From an uncultured Christensenella sp. (GTDB taxonomy: Bacteria; Bacillota; Clostridia; Christensenellales; UBA1750), in contig CAJJNQ010000005.1 of the NCBI GenBank assembly GCA_905193155.1, forward strand, positions 6,814 to 70,813: a DNA stretch of 64,000 bases, given 5' to 3'. Shown here in pieces: positions 9,214 through 18,867 of this stretch. Numbering within the stretch: position 1 is the first letter of the stretch; every line of letters starts with the position of its first letter. A model generated the notes under the pieces. That model did no database searches. It saw only the letters and a list, made by a program, of their open reading frames with translations, and had not been told where the DNA came from. The position numbers and the translations under genes were made by a program.

Positions 9214-10511
9214 GCGTCGGGAAGGAGCGCGCGCACGGCGCTCATGGCCTCCTGCATTTTCGACGTGCTGCCGCTGGAAACAGCGCTCTTGAGGTTATTG
9301 TATGCCGCAGAGACGGTAGAATCTTCCAGATCTGCGTAATCTTCCATATAGGAGATCATTTCCTCCGCCTGCATTGTGACCTCGGTGATGTCCGCTTCGT
9401 CGCCCGTTCCATCGCCGGTCTGGTCGCCCAGTACACGCGCTTCAATGGCTTCGAGCGTGATGTCCTGATCAAAGGGACCTTCAATGCCGAAGATTTCCTT
9501 GACCATCTCGTTTTTCTTGTTCTGGTTGATGATGTAATACGAGGTCGAACCGACATACTGCCCCTCGCCGGGAACGGTGTGGCGCTGAATCTGATCCATC
9601 GAAAGATCCTTGGCAAAATAGGCCAGCGTCGCAATCTGCAAGGTGCTCAGGTTGGTGTCGATATTCTCCTGCACAGCGGCATAGATATCGGGAATGTTCT
9701 TGACCTGATTGGTCGCCAGCATGGTTTCAAAAATCTTGAACAGCATCCGCTGCTGACGATCCACGCGATCCACGTCTCCTCTGCCGCCCTTGCGCCAACG
9801 GCAGTAGTCGAGCACCTGCTGACCATCCATGTGCTGCATGCCCGTCTTGGTCTCGCGGCCGCAGAGAGTAAAGGCAATATCCACGTCATAATCCACGCCG
9901 CCCATGGCGTTGACCACGTCCTTGACCACGTTCATGCCGAAGCCGACGTAGTAATCGATCTTGACGCCCAACAAATCGGAGACGGTGTTCATCGCGTAGG
10001 CATAGCCGTCCTTCTGCGCTCCGCCGCCAAAGGTGAAGGCTGCGTTGATCTTGTTGAACTTGCCGCCCTTGTTGATTCGCATATAACTATCGCGCGGGAT
10101 GGAGATCATATCCACATCCTTGTTGTCAAAGTCCACCGTGACCAGCATCATGGTATCGGTACGGAAATTCATGCCCGCCGAGATGCGCTCGGTGGAGCTA
10201 TCCGCGCCCAGAAGCAATATATTGACGCGCTTTTTCTCAAAGTCATAATCGGGCTGCGTCATCTCAGGCTCCGGGGTGGCCGTAGGCTCCGGCGTGAGCG
10301 CTTCATCGGTCTGCTCCGGCGTAGCCGTGGGCTCCGGCGTGGGTTCCGGAGTAGCGACGAGATCCACCTTCCGGGTCTCCTCCAGCTCCGAGAATGCATT
10401 TTTAGGATTCGATACATAGGCAATCAGCCACACGCCGCTGCCGATTGCACCGACCAGGATCACCGTAACCACGATCAGCACGATGCGCAGGGCGTTGTTT
10501 TTTTTCGCCAC
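9210..10511 (-). CDS. LytR-CpsA-Psr (LCP) family cell-wall glycopolymer transferase
   Basis: 433 aa. N-terminal TM, Pro/Thr/Glu linker, NILLLGADS...RTDTMMLVTVD core motif. Confidence 0.85.
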   Translation of the reverse strand: MAKKNNALRIVLIVVTVILVGAIGSGVWLIAYVSNPKNAFSELEETRKVDLVATPEPTPEPTATPEQTDEALTPEPTATPEPEMTQPDYDFEKKRVNILLLGADSSTERISAGMNFRTDTMMLVTVDFDNKDVDMISIPRDSYMRINKGGKFNKINAAFTFGGGAQKDGYAYAMNTVSDLLGVKIDYYVGFGMNVVKDVVNAMGGVDYDVDIAFTLCGRETKTGMQHMDGQQVLDYCRWRKGGRGDVDRVDRQQRMLFKIFETMLATNQVKNIPDIYAAVQENIDTNLSTLQIATLAYFAKDLSMDQIQRHTVPGEGQYVGSTSYYIINQNKKNEMVKEIFGIEGPFDQDITLEAIEARVLGDQTGDGTGDEADITEVTMQAEEMISYMEDYADLEDSTVSAAYNNLKSAVSSGSTSKMQEAMSAVRALLPDA

Positions 10512-10606
10512 TTTTCAACACCTCCGTATAAAATACGACTGGATAGGCAATTCGTTTCCATAAATAGAAAATCCTTTGCCTTTCCGTTTTTCCCTTGTTA
10601 GTTTTT

Positions 10607-10650
10607 CGCAAAGAAAGAGCTTCACCGCCGGAATACCGGAAGCGAAGCTC
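10607..10650 (-). terminator. Terminator after hisF
   Basis: gagcttcaccgccgg (10617..10631) pairs with ccggaagcgaagctc (10636..10650). tttctttgcg follows on the minus strand. Confidence 0.75.
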
Positions 10651-10661
10651 CTCATCTTTTT

Positions 10662-11417
10662 TCAGATGCGGACGGGAATGCTCTGCGCAGCCAGTGTGCG
10701 CTTCAAATCCATGATTTCCAACTGCTTATAGTGAAAGAGCGAAGCGGCCAGCGCCGCGTCTGCGCCGCCCTCGGTGAGCACCCGGGCAAAATCCTGTGCA
10801 CACCCCGCGCCGCCGGAAGCAATCACAGGAACCTCAACCGCAGAGGTGACGGCTTTCGTCAGCCTCATGTCAAAGCCCGCCTTGGTGCCGTCCGCATCCA
10901 TCGACGTCAGCAGCAGTTCGCCTGCCCCCAACTGCACGACCTTTTGCGCCCATTGCACGGCGTCCAGCCCCGTGGGCGTGCGTCCGCCATGGGTATAGAC
11001 CTCGAAAAACGTACCGTTCCACTTTGCATCAATGGCCACGACCACGCACTGGGAGCCGAATTTCTTCGCGGCCTCTGTGAGCAATTCCGGATGCGCCACG
11101 GCGAAGGAATTGACGCTCACCTTCTCCGCACCTGCGTGCAGCAGATCGGAATAATCCTCAATGCTGCGGATGCCTCCGCCGACCGTAAAGGGGATATAGA
11201 CCGCTTTAGCCACGGCACGGACAGTATCGAGCATGATGCGCCGCGCGTCCGACGACGCAGTGATATCCAGAAAGGTCAGCTCGTCCGCGCCCGCTTTGTC
11301 ATAGGCCGCGGCGCATTCCACCGGGTCGCCCGCGTCGGTCAGATTCACGAAGTTGATTCCCTTGACCACGCGGCCGTTTTTCACGTCCAAGCAGGGAATG
11401 ATTCTCTTTGCCAGCAT
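10662..11417 (-). CDS. hisF: Imidazole glycerol phosphate synthase, cyclase subunit
   Basis: 251 aa. [15 protein letters not shown] and VIASGGAG motifs. Full-length HisF pattern. Confidence 0.95.
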   Translation of the reverse strand: MLAKRIIPCLDVKNGRVVKGINFVNLTDAGDPVECAAAYDKAGADELTFLDITASSDARRIMLDTVRAVAKAVYIPFTVGGGIRSIEDYSDLLHAGAEKVSVNSFAVAHPELLTEAAKKFGSQCVVVAIDAKWNGTFFEVYTHGGRTPTGLDAVQWAQKVVQLGAGELLLTSMDADGTKAGFDMRLTKAVTSAVEVPVIASGGAGCAQDFARVLTEGGADAALAASLFHYKQLEIMDLKRTLAAQSIPVRI

Positions 11418-11436
11418 AAAGACGCTTCCTCCCCTC

Positions 11437-12045
11437 TTATTTCATCGACGCAAAGTTCTTCAGCAGTGCAAGGCCGGTTTCACCACTCTTTTCCGGATGA
11501 AACTGCACGGCCCAAAGGCTGCCTTTACGCACGGCGACATCCATCGGCACGCCGTAATCCACCTGCGCCAGCACCTGATCGCGCTGCAAAGCGTGAACAT
11601 AATAAGAGTGAACGAAATACATCCAAGGCTTTTCGGGAAGACCGGAAAAAAGCGGATCGTCCTTCATGATATTGAGCTGATTCCAGCCCATGTGCGGGAT
11701 TTTACGCCCCTGTCCGGAGGGAATGCGCTTGACCTGCCCTCGCAGCCAGCAAAGCCCCTTCGCGCCGGGCGTTTCCTCACTGGACTCAAAGAGCAGCTGT
11801 TCCCCGATACAGATGCCTAGGAACGGTCTGCCGGAGGCGATAAACTCCTCCATCGCCTGCACGGCACCGCTGGCGCGCAGCTGCTCCATCGCATCGCCGA
11901 ACGCACCCACGCCCGGAAGAATGACCGCGTCAGCGGAAAGGATCTCCCCAGCATCGCGGGTCAGCAGTGATTTTTTCCCGATATATTCCAGCGCGTGCAT
12001 CACGCTGCGCACGTTGCCGGCGCCGTAATCCACCACAGCGATCAT
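11437..12045 (-). CDS. hisH: Imidazole glycerol phosphate synthase, glutamine amidotransferase subunit
   Basis: 202 aa. [25 protein letters not shown] (catalytic Cys), FHPEKSG. 4-nt overlap with the ANTAR gene. Confidence 0.95.
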   Translation of the reverse strand: MIAVVDYGAGNVRSVMHALEYIGKKSLLTRDAGEILSADAVILPGVGAFGDAMEQLRASGAVQAMEEFIASGRPFLGICIGEQLLFESSEETPGAKGLCWLRGQVKRIPSGQGRKIPHMGWNQLNIMKDDPLFSGLPEKPWMYFVHSYYVHALQRDQVLAQVDYGVPMDVAVRKGSLWAVQFHPEKSGETGLALLKNFASMK

Positions 12046-12524
12046 ATGGATTCATCCTCCCCGTATTTTTGCAGAATTTCTTCAGCGGCCCTGCGAAGGG
12101 AGACGCCGCTGTTCATCGCGTGTTTTTGCAGCAGGCGGTGGGCAGCCGCTTCGTCCACGCCGCCGCGGCGGATCATCGCGCGCTTGGCTCGAGCGACCAG
12201 CGCCTCCTGCGCGCCGATATGGTGCAGCACAATTTCACACAGCTGTGCGCGCGTCAGTCCCGCCGGAAGGTTTTCGATTCCGGCAAGCTGCGGTGCGCCG
12301 GGGGCGAGCAGCAGCATGTGGATCTCCGCCGGCAGCATTCTGCGCAGCCGCGGCGCAGTCATGTCCTCCAGCCGTGCGCCGCAGACCACCAGCGTCACCG
12401 CCTGCTTCTGGCGCAGGACGGCGGAACCGCTGGTCGCCGCAATCGCGCGAATGCCGTATCGCGCCAATGAATCCGCTATCTTTCTGGCGTTCTCCGCGTT
12501 GGAAAACACTGCCGCAACCAACAT
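12042..12524 (-). CDS. ANTAR-domain RNA-binding antiterminator with pseudo-receiver N-domain (NitR/AmiR-like)
   Basis: 160 aa. C-terminal ...AKRAMIRRGGVDEAAAHRLLQKHAMNSGVSLRRAAEEILQ fits ANTAR. The N-domain lacks the acidic pocket and phospho-Asp (LVVCGARLEDM). Confidence 0.75.
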   Translation of the reverse strand: MLVAAVFSNAENARKIADSLARYGIRAIAATSGSAVLRQKQAVTLVVCGARLEDMTAPRLRRMLPAEIHMLLLAPGAPQLAGIENLPAGLTRAQLCEIVLHHIGAQEALVARAKRAMIRRGGVDEAAAHRLLQKHAMNSGVSLRRAAEEILQKYGEDESI

Positions 12525-12551
12525 CCCGGCGTCACGCCCCTCTTGCCTCTC

Positions 12552-13880
12552 TTAATACTTGGAAAGATATTCCTCCAGCTCCCACTGGGAAACGCGCATG
12601 CAGTATTCATGCCATTCCGACTTCTTGGCGGCGAGATATTTGTCGCAGATATGGTCGCCGAGCACGTCGGCTACCATCGGATCAGCCTCCATCAGCTCCA
12701 CCGCCTTCATCAGATCAGAAGGCAGATCGGTCACGCCGCAGACCTCGCGCTGCGCCTTGGACATCTGATAGACGTTCTGATTGACGGGATCGCAGGGCAT
12801 GAGCTTTTCCTCAATGCCGCGCAAACCGGCTTCCAGCACCAGCGCGAACACCAGATAGGGGTTGGCCGTCGGGTCGGGGTTGCGCAGCTCGATGCGGGTG
12901 CCCTTACCGCGCGCGTCCGGGATGCGGATCAGCGGCGAGCGGTTCTTGGCGGACCAGCAGATGTAGATGGGCGCTTCGTGGCCGGGCACCAGGCGCTTAT
13001 AGGAGTTGACGAGCGGATTGGTCACGGCGACCATAGAAGGCGCGTGCGCCATCACACCCGCGATAAAGTGATAGGCCGTCTCGCTCAGGCCGTAGCGATC
13101 CTTTTCGTCATAGAACACATTCTCGCCGTCATGGAACAGCGACATGTTGATGTGCATGCCGGAGCCCGCAATGCCGTAGATCGGCTTGGGCATGAAGGTA
13201 GCATGCAGGCCGTGGCGCTGCGCAGTGGTCTTGACGACCTCCTTAAAGGTGATGACGTTATCCGCCGTGACCAGCGCCTGATCGTACTTGAAATCAATCT
13301 CGTGCTGGCCGCGCGCCACCTCGTGGTGGCTGGCTTCGATTTCAAAGCCCATGTCCTCGAGCACCACGCACATCTCGCGGCTGGCGATTTCGCCCTCGTC
13401 GGAAGGACTCAGGTCGAAATAGCCGCCCTCGTCATAGGTGCGGGTGGTCGCCTTGCCGGTATCGTCGGTATGGAACAGGAAGAACTCCAGCTCCGGCCCG
13501 ACGTAGAATTCATAGCCCATCTTGCGGGCGCGCTCCAGCACACGTTCGAGCGCATAGCGGGGGTTGCCCTCAAAGGGCCTGCCATCAGTGGTATAAACGT
13601 CGCAGATCAGGCGGGCAACCTGTCCCTGCTCGCTCCAGGGCAGGATACAGAAGCTGTCCGGATCGGGATAGAGGCACATATCGCTCTCTTCGATGCGGGT
13701 AAAGCCCTCGATGGACGATCCGTCGAAGCGGCAGTCGTTCTTGAGCGCCTTTTCCACCTGGCTGGCGGTGACGGTGACGCTCTTCATCGCGCCGAAAATA
13801 TCGGTAAACTGCAAGCGAAGGAAGCGAATGTCGTTTTCGCGCACCATGCGGATGATGTCCTGCGGCGTGTACTTTGCCAT
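12552..13880 (-). CDS. glnA: Glutamine synthetase, type I
   Basis: 442 aa. HATFMPKPIYGIAGSGMHINMSLF and NRSPLIRIP motifs. Confidence 0.95.
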   Translation of the reverse strand: MAKYTPQDIIRMVRENDIRFLRLQFTDIFGAMKSVTVTASQVEKALKNDCRFDGSSIEGFTRIEESDMCLYPDPDSFCILPWSEQGQVARLICDVYTTDGRPFEGNPRYALERVLERARKMGYEFYVGPELEFFLFHTDDTGKATTRTYDEGGYFDLSPSDEGEIASREMCVVLEDMGFEIEASHHEVARGQHEIDFKYDQALVTADNVITFKEVVKTTAQRHGLHATFMPKPIYGIAGSGMHINMSLFHDGENVFYDEKDRYGLSETAYHFIAGVMAHAPSMVAVTNPLVNSYKRLVPGHEAPIYICWSAKNRSPLIRIPDARGKGTRIELRNPDPTANPYLVFALVLEAGLRGIEEKLMPCDPVNQNVYQMSKAQREVCGVTDLPSDLMKAVELMEADPMVADVLGDHICDKYLAAKKSEWHEYCMRVSQWELEEYLSKY

Positions 13881-13944
13881 GTCAAAATCTCCTCCTCAAT
13901 ATCTAGCGGTTCTGATAAGCGCTTACTTTATTTTCACACAATTT

Positions 13945-13991
13945 CCAAAAGAGACATAAGGGCACCGGAAAAGCGCTCCGTTGCCCTTATG
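13945..13991 (-). terminator. Stem-loop plus U-tract between carB and glnA (carAB terminator and/or glnA leader element)
   Basis: On the minus strand cataagggca...tgcccttatg (10 bp, inner cgga/tccg) is followed by tctcttttgg. Plus-strand coordinates of the arms are 13955..13964 and 13982..13991. Confidence 0.65.
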
Positions 13992-13997
13992 GATTTC

Positions 13998-14027
13998 ATT
14001 TTAGCATCGCGGCGCGCGGCCTGTCAA
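13998..14027 (-). promoter_or_regulatory. Sigma-A-like promoter upstream of glnA
   Basis: Minus strand TTGACA (14027..14022), 18-nt spacer, TAAAAT (14003..13998). Lies 37 nt after the carB stop and directly upstream of the hairpin. Confidence 0.5.
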
Positions 14028-14063
14028 TGCCGGGCAGGTTAAATGCGCGTGCGCTTTTGTCAA

Positions 14064-17000
14064 TCAGATCTTTGCCAGATCCACCACGTCGAAGCCCTTC
14101 TCCATTGCGGAATGGAGCGCGAAGAGCAGCGCGCGGACGGTATCCAGCGAGGTCAGGCACGTCACGCCGTTTTCGACGGACCAGCGGCGGAGCTTAAAGC
14201 CCGCGCGCTCGGGACGGCGGCCATGGGTCGCGGTGTTGATGACCAGTGCGATGCCTGCCTGATGCAGGGCTTCCATGTGTTCGCCGAAGTCCTCGACGAC
14301 CTCGCAGGAGATGCCGTGCTCCTTCAGGTCCTTTGCAGTGCCGGGGGTCGCCATCAGATGATAGCCCAGCTCTTCGTAGCCCGCGGCCAGCTCGCGCAGC
14401 TCCGCCTTGTCGTGGTTATTGACCGAGCAGAGCACCTTGCCGTGGGGATGCAGCTTGAGCCCTGCGCCCAGGAAGGCCTTGTAGAGCGCCTCAGCATAAT
14501 CGGGAGATACACCGAGCACTTCGCCCGTGGACTTCATCTCCGGCCCCAGGCTGGTATCGGCGTCGATGAGTTTCTCAAAGGAGAACACCGGCATCTTGAC
14601 CGCGACGAGCTTGCTCTTCTTGTAAAGGCCGGTGCCGTAGCCCATATCGCTAAGCTTGCCGCCGAGAATCACCTGTGTGGCGAGCTTGACAATCGGCACA
14701 CCTGTGACCTTGGAGATATACGGCACGGTGCGGGACGAGCGCGGGTTGACCTCGATGACGTAAACGCGACCGTCCTTGACAATGAACTGGATGTTGATCA
14801 GACCCTTGACGTGCAGCGCGCGCGCCAGAGCACGGGAGTGCTCCACCAGCTTCATGCAGATCTCATGCGGCAGGGTCTGCGCAGGATAGACCGAAATCGA
14901 GTCGCCGGAGTGCACACCCGCGCGCTCCAAATGCTGCATGATGCCGGGCACGAGGATGTCCTCGCCGTCGCACACAGCGTCCACCTCGCACTCCTGACCT
15001 TCGACGTACTTATCGACGAGGATCGGGTGTTCTTTGATCTCCATGTGGGAGGTGATGATCTTCATGAACTCGATGATGTCGGCGTCGGAACGAGCGATCT
15101 CCATGCCCTGGCCGCCCAGAACATAGGACGGACGCACGAGCACGGGGTATTCCAACTGTTGCGCGGCTTCAAGCGCTTCCTCGGTGGTGAAGATGGTCTG
15201 ACCGGCAGGACGCGGAATGCCGCACTGTTCCAGAATCTCGTCGAACTCTTCGCGGTCCTCCGCGCGGTCGATGTCGCGCTCGGAGGTGCCCAGAATCGGC
15301 ACGCCCATCTCGGTCAGCGCCTTGGTCAGCTTGATGGCGGTCTGCCCGCCGAACTGCACCACTGCGCCGTCCGGCTTTTCCAAGTCGACGATATTACCCA
15401 CATCCTCGCGGGTCAGCGGCTCAAAGTAGAGCTTATCGGCAATATCGAAGTCGGTAGAAACGGTTTCAGGGTTGTTGTTGACGATGATGGTCTCACATCC
15501 CATTTCCTTGAGCGCCCAAACCGAGTGCACCGAGCAATAGTCAAACTCAATGCCCTGGCCGATGCGGATGGGGCCGGAACCAAGCACCATGATCTTTTTC
15601 TTATAGGTTGCGGGGCTGACCTCGTTCTGAGAAGAATAGGTCGAGTAGTAGTAGGGCGTGACGGCCTCAAACTCCGCAGCGCAGGTATCAACCATCTTGA
15701 AATCGGGCACGATGCCCCACTCGCGACGAAGAAGCTTAATCTGCAAAGCGGTTGCGCCGCACAGCTCGCCGATGGTCTTATCGGTATAGCCCATGCGCTT
15801 GGCTTCAAGCAGGGTATCGTAATCGGGCATGCCCTTCTTGAGGTCAGCTTCCATCTGCACAAGGCTCAAAATGCCTTCCAGGAACCAAGGATCGATGCTG
15901 GTGATCGAAGCGATCTCCTCCAGCGTCGTGCCTCTGCGCATGGCCTCCGCGATGACGAACAGGCGGCGATCGTCCACGACGTAGAGCTCCTTGTGCAGCT
16001 GCTCGTCGTCCATCTCGTCGATCACAGGCAGGTGCAGGGATTCCACGTTCTGCTCCAGAGAACGTACCGCCTTCATCAGGCCGCCCTCGAAGGTGGAGGC
16101 GATGGCCATGACCTCGCCGGTGGCCTTCATCTGCGTGCCGAGCGTGCGGCGCGCGGTAACAAACTTATCAAACGGCCACTTCGGGATCTTGACAACGATG
16201 TAGTCCAGCGTCGGCTCGAAGGCGGCGTAGGTCTTGCCGGTGACGGAGTTCTTGATTTCGTCCAGCGTATAGCCCAGTGCAATCTTGGCAGCAACTTTGG
16301 CGATGGGATAACCGGTCGCCTTGGAAGCCAGCGCGGAAGAGCGGGACACGCGGGGGTTGACCTCGATGACGACGTACTGCGCGGAATGCGGGTTGAGCGC
16401 GAACTGCACGTTGCAGCCGCCGACGATCCCCAGCGCGTCGATGATGTTCAGCGCCGCAGTGCGCAGCATCTGATATTCCTTATCGGCCAGCGTCTGCGAG
16501 GGCGCCACGACGATGGAATCGCCCGTGTGCACGCCGACGGGGTCGAGGTTTTCCATATTGCAGACGGTAATGCGGTTTCCGGCGCTGTCGCGCATCACTT
16601 CGTATTCGATTTCCTTCCAGCCCGCGATGCACTTTTCAATCAGGCACTGATTGACACGGGAAAGGCGCAGACCGTTTTCGCAGATGGTTTCCAGCTCTTT
16701 GCGGTTCTTGCAGATACCGCCGCCGGAACCGCCCAGAGTGTAAGCGGGGCGCACAATGACGGGGTAACCGATCTTTTCGGCAAAGGCGCAGGCATCCTCC
16801 ACGGTCTCGATGACCAGACCGTCGATGCACGGCTCGCCGATGGACTGCATGGTCTCCTGGAACGCCAGACGATCCTCCGCCTTCTTGATGGCGGGCGCTT
16901 GCGTGCCGATGATTTTGACGCCCATGCGGTCGAGGTAGCCCTCCTCCGCCAGCTCCATGACCAGGTTCAGGCCGGTCTGGCCGCCCAGCGTCGCCAGCAC

Positions 17001-17255
17001 GGAATCGGGATGCTCTTTCTCAATGACCTTCTTGACGCTTTCGGCAATCAGCGGCTCGATGTAGACGCAGTCCGCGATGTCGCCGTCGGTCATGATGGTG
17101 GCGGGGTTGGAGTTGATGAGCACAACCTCCAAGCCCTCTTCTTTCAGCGAGCGGCAGGCCTGCGTGCCCGCGTAGTCGAATTCGGCCGCCTGGCCGATGA
17201 CGATGGGACCGGAACCGATGACCAGTACCTTATGGATCTCTTGATTCTTAGGCAT
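14064..17255 (-). CDS. carB: Carbamoyl-phosphate synthase large subunit
   Basis: 1063 aa. [26 protein letters not shown] with the duplicated ATP-grasp halves. 8-nt overlap with carA. Confidence 0.97.
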   Translation of the reverse strand: MPKNQEIHKVLVIGSGPIVIGQAAEFDYAGTQACRSLKEEGLEVVLINSNPATIMTDGDIADCVYIEPLIAESVKKVIEKEHPDSVLATLGGQTGLNLVMELAEEGYLDRMGVKIIGTQAPAIKKAEDRLAFQETMQSIGEPCIDGLVIETVEDACAFAEKIGYPVIVRPAYTLGGSGGGICKNRKELETICENGLRLSRVNQCLIEKCIAGWKEIEYEVMRDSAGNRITVCNMENLDPVGVHTGDSIVVAPSQTLADKEYQMLRTAALNIIDALGIVGGCNVQFALNPHSAQYVVIEVNPRVSRSSALASKATGYPIAKVAAKIALGYTLDEIKNSVTGKTYAAFEPTLDYIVVKIPKWPFDKFVTARRTLGTQMKATGEVMAIASTFEGGLMKAVRSLEQNVESLHLPVIDEMDDEQLHKELYVVDDRRLFVIAEAMRRGTTLEEIASITSIDPWFLEGILSLVQMEADLKKGMPDYDTLLEAKRMGYTDKTIGELCGATALQIKLLRREWGIVPDFKMVDTCAAEFEAVTPYYYSTYSSQNEVSPATYKKKIMVLGSGPIRIGQGIEFDYCSVHSVWALKEMGCETIIVNNNPETVSTDFDIADKLYFEPLTREDVGNIVDLEKPDGAVVQFGGQTAIKLTKALTEMGVPILGTSERDIDRAEDREEFDEILEQCGIPRPAGQTIFTTEEALEAAQQLEYPVLVRPSYVLGGQGMEIARSDADIIEFMKIITSHMEIKEHPILVDKYVEGQECEVDAVCDGEDILVPGIMQHLERAGVHSGDSISVYPAQTLPHEICMKLVEHSRALARALHVKGLINIQFIVKDGRVYVIEVNPRSSRTVPYISKVTGVPIVKLATQVILGGKLSDMGYGTGLYKKSKLVAVKMPVFSFEKLIDADTSLGPEMKSTGEVLGVSPDYAEALYKAFLGAGLKLHPHGKVLCSVNNHDKAELRELAAGYEELGYHLMATPGTAKDLKEHGISCEVVEDFGEHMEALHQAGIALVINTATHGRRPERAGFKLRRWSVENGVTCLTSLDTVRALLFALHSAMEKGFDVVDLAKI

Positions 17256-18324
17256 CGAGCTGACCTCCCATGACGTTAATGAAGCGGTCGAACAGGAAAT
17301 TGGTATCGACGGGTCCGGGGCTGGCCTCGGGATGGAACTGCACCGTGTAGACGCGGCCGCCGTCGTAGGTCACGCCTTCCACCGAGCCGTCGTTGACGTT
17401 AAGAAAGCTGACCTGTCCCTCAGCGGGAATGGTATCGGCCTTGACCATGAAGTTGTGGTTCTGGCTGGTGATATACACACGGCCGGTGGACAGCTCTTTG
17501 ACCGGATGGTTGACACCGTGGTGGCCGTAATCCATCTTGACGGTCTTCGCGCCCATGGCCAGCGCCGTGATCTGGTGACCCAGGCAGATGCCGAAGATCG
17601 GCAGGCCGCTATCGTAGAGCTTTCGCACGCAGGCGATGGACTCCACGCACTCCTCCGGGTCTCCGGGGCCGTTGGAGAGCATGATGCCGTCGGGCTGAAT
17701 GGCAAGCACCTCTTCCGCAGGGGTATTATAAGGAAATACATAAAGGTCACAGCCTCTGCGGCGCAGGGAGCGCAGGATGGAGTTCTTCGCGCCGTAATCC
17801 ATCAGCGCGACGCGCTTGCCCTCGCCGGGGATATGCTCCATTTCCGTTCGGCTGACCATCTTGACCACGCCGGTAACGCGGTAATCGCGCGCAATCTTGG
17901 AACAGGCCTGAATCGACAGATCCTCGCGGGAGGTAATCATGCCGTTCATGGTGCCGCGGGTGCGCAGATGGCGCGTCAGCGCGCGGGTATCCAGCCCGGC
18001 GATGCCGGGAATATCATAGCGGGAAAGATAGCGATCCAGCTCCTCTTCGCTGCGGTAGTTGGACGCGCGGCGCGCAACCGACTGCACAATGAAAGCCGAG
18101 GCCCAGGGCCGGCGGCTCTCCGCGTCCTCTTCATTGATTCCGTAGTTGCCCATCAGGGGATAAGTCATGGCCACGCCCTGTCCTGCGTAGGAAGGGTCGG
18201 TCAACACTTCGAGATACCCTGCCATTGCGGTATTGAACACCACTTCGCACACAACGTCTCTGTCCGCGCCGATGCGCCGGCCCTCAAAGACCGTGCCGTC
18301 CTCCAGGATGAGATATGCTTTCAT
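17248..18324 (-). CDS. carA: Carbamoyl-phosphate synthase small (glutaminase) subunit
   Basis: 358 aa. [14 protein letters not shown] catalytic Cys motif and FHPEASPGP. Confidence 0.95.
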   Translation of the reverse strand: MKAYLILEDGTVFEGRRIGADRDVVCEVVFNTAMAGYLEVLTDPSYAGQGVAMTYPLMGNYGINEEDAESRRPWASAFIVQSVARRASNYRSEEELDRYLSRYDIPGIAGLDTRALTRHLRTRGTMNGMITSREDLSIQACSKIARDYRVTGVVKMVSRTEMEHIPGEGKRVALMDYGAKNSILRSLRRRGCDLYVFPYNTPAEEVLAIQPDGIMLSNGPGDPEECVESIACVRKLYDSGLPIFGICLGHQITALAMGAKTVKMDYGHHGVNHPVKELSTGRVYITSQNHNFMVKADTIPAEGQVSFLNVNDGSVEGVTYDGGRVYTVQFHPEASPGPVDTNFLFDRFINVMGGQLDA

Positions 18325-18357
18325 GCAAGCCTCCTGCGTTCGCTTTTCTTGTGTATC

Positions 18358-18386
18358 AATATACCATTTCCGCTCATAAATTGCAA
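18358..18386 (-). promoter_or_regulatory. Sigma-A-like promoter for carAB
   Basis: Minus strand TTGCAA (18386..18381), 17-nt spacer, TATATT (18363..18358). Short leader to the RBS AGGAGG. Confidence 0.55.
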
Positions 18387-18437
18387 AGGTTTTTGGCCGG
18401 ATAACGCACTTTTAACCTTTTGCCGTAAAATCGCCTC

Positions 18438-18466
18438 TTGCTTTTTCAAAAATGCTGCTATATAAT
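18438..18466 (+). promoter_or_regulatory. Near-consensus sigma-A promoter with no downstream ORF
   Basis: TTGCTT (18438..18443), 17-nt spacer, TATAAT (18461..18466). Divergent from the carA promoter. Confidence 0.55.
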
Positions 18467-18472
18467 ACTTGT

Positions 18473-18576
18473 TTAGATTGAGACGTGTTTCCAAAACCGA
18501 GTTTTGAACCACGTTCGGTTTTGATTTTCATTTTTCCCTGTTTTTTGACGGCGCAGTGTTCACTGCGCCTTTTTTC
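18473..18576 (+). ncRNA. Candidate ~100-nt small RNA or orphan leader ending in two terminator-like hairpins
   Basis: Hairpin 1 is caaaaccga (18492..18500) with tcggttttg (18515..18523), then attttcattttt. Hairpin 2 is ggcgcagt (18550..18557) with actgcgcc (18562..18569), then tttttt. No RBS or ATG ORF. Family not recognised. Confidence 0.3.
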
Positions 18577-18779
18577 TTGTCTAAATCGCTGTTATTCTGA
18601 ACTTTCGTACAAATTAACATTTAGAACGTTCGGATTTATCCATCTAAAAATTTTACAAAAAGCTGCTCTATCCAAAGAATGCCGCCGATTATACGTCTCC
18701 GAACAAGTTCAATACAGACTTATGCACAGTTACTGCATATATATTCATATTTATTCTCTTATCTTCCTCCTTCCTGCAC

Positions 18780-18808
18780 TTGACAAACCGCTCAAAATCT
18801 TATAGTGT
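18780..18808 (+). promoter_or_regulatory. Possible guaA promoter
   Basis: TTGACA at 18780..18785. The -10 candidates are TATAGT (18801..18806, 15-nt spacer) or TAGTGT (17-nt spacer). Neither spacing and hexamer pair is ideal. Confidence 0.4.
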
Positions 18809-18867
18809 AATTTATGTGTTTTTTGTCTTCCAACACCCTTATTCCGTCCTTTCAGGGAGGTTTTTTC

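Noticed and set aside
12543-14042. 499-aa plus-strand ORF across glnA. Similar long antisense ORFs occur at 20633..22609, 45529..47361, 47358..48575, 38638..39951, 18751..19905, 52448..53698, 55100..56164, 56130..58013, 61536..62510 and 63205..63954
   Set aside because: Each is the mirror of a gene with strong family motifs on the other strand. Their translations are compositionally biased and lack motifs, RBSs and sensible operon context.
13881-14063. Glutamine riboswitch or T-box leader upstream of glnA
   Set aside because: The region is too short and lacks the specifier/T-box sequence or the glnA-RNA conserved core as I recall them. Only a single hairpin is present.
14043-17273. 1076-aa plus-strand ORF, longer than carB itself
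   Set aside because: It lies exactly antisense to carB, whose minus-strand translation has unmistakable CPSase motifs. The plus-strand product is low-complexity (Arg/Ala/Gly/Asp/His/Leu-rich) with no recognisable motifs. This is a typical stop-poor shadow frame in high-GC coding DNA.
18485-18805. 106-aa ORF in the carA-guaA intergenic region
   Set aside because: It has a GTG start without an RBS and runs through two terminator hairpins and a tract of about 35% GC. The translation is Phe/Leu/Ile/Ser-rich nonsense. The region is better explained as regulatory or non-coding.
18580-18867. Guanine/purine riboswitch, ZTP or PRPP riboswitch in front of guaA
   Set aside because: No three-way-junction core (UAUAAU...CUACC...GACUAUG-type) or CCGCCUGGG-type pseudoknot sequence is visible. 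The leader downstream of the putative guaA promoter is only about 55 nt.
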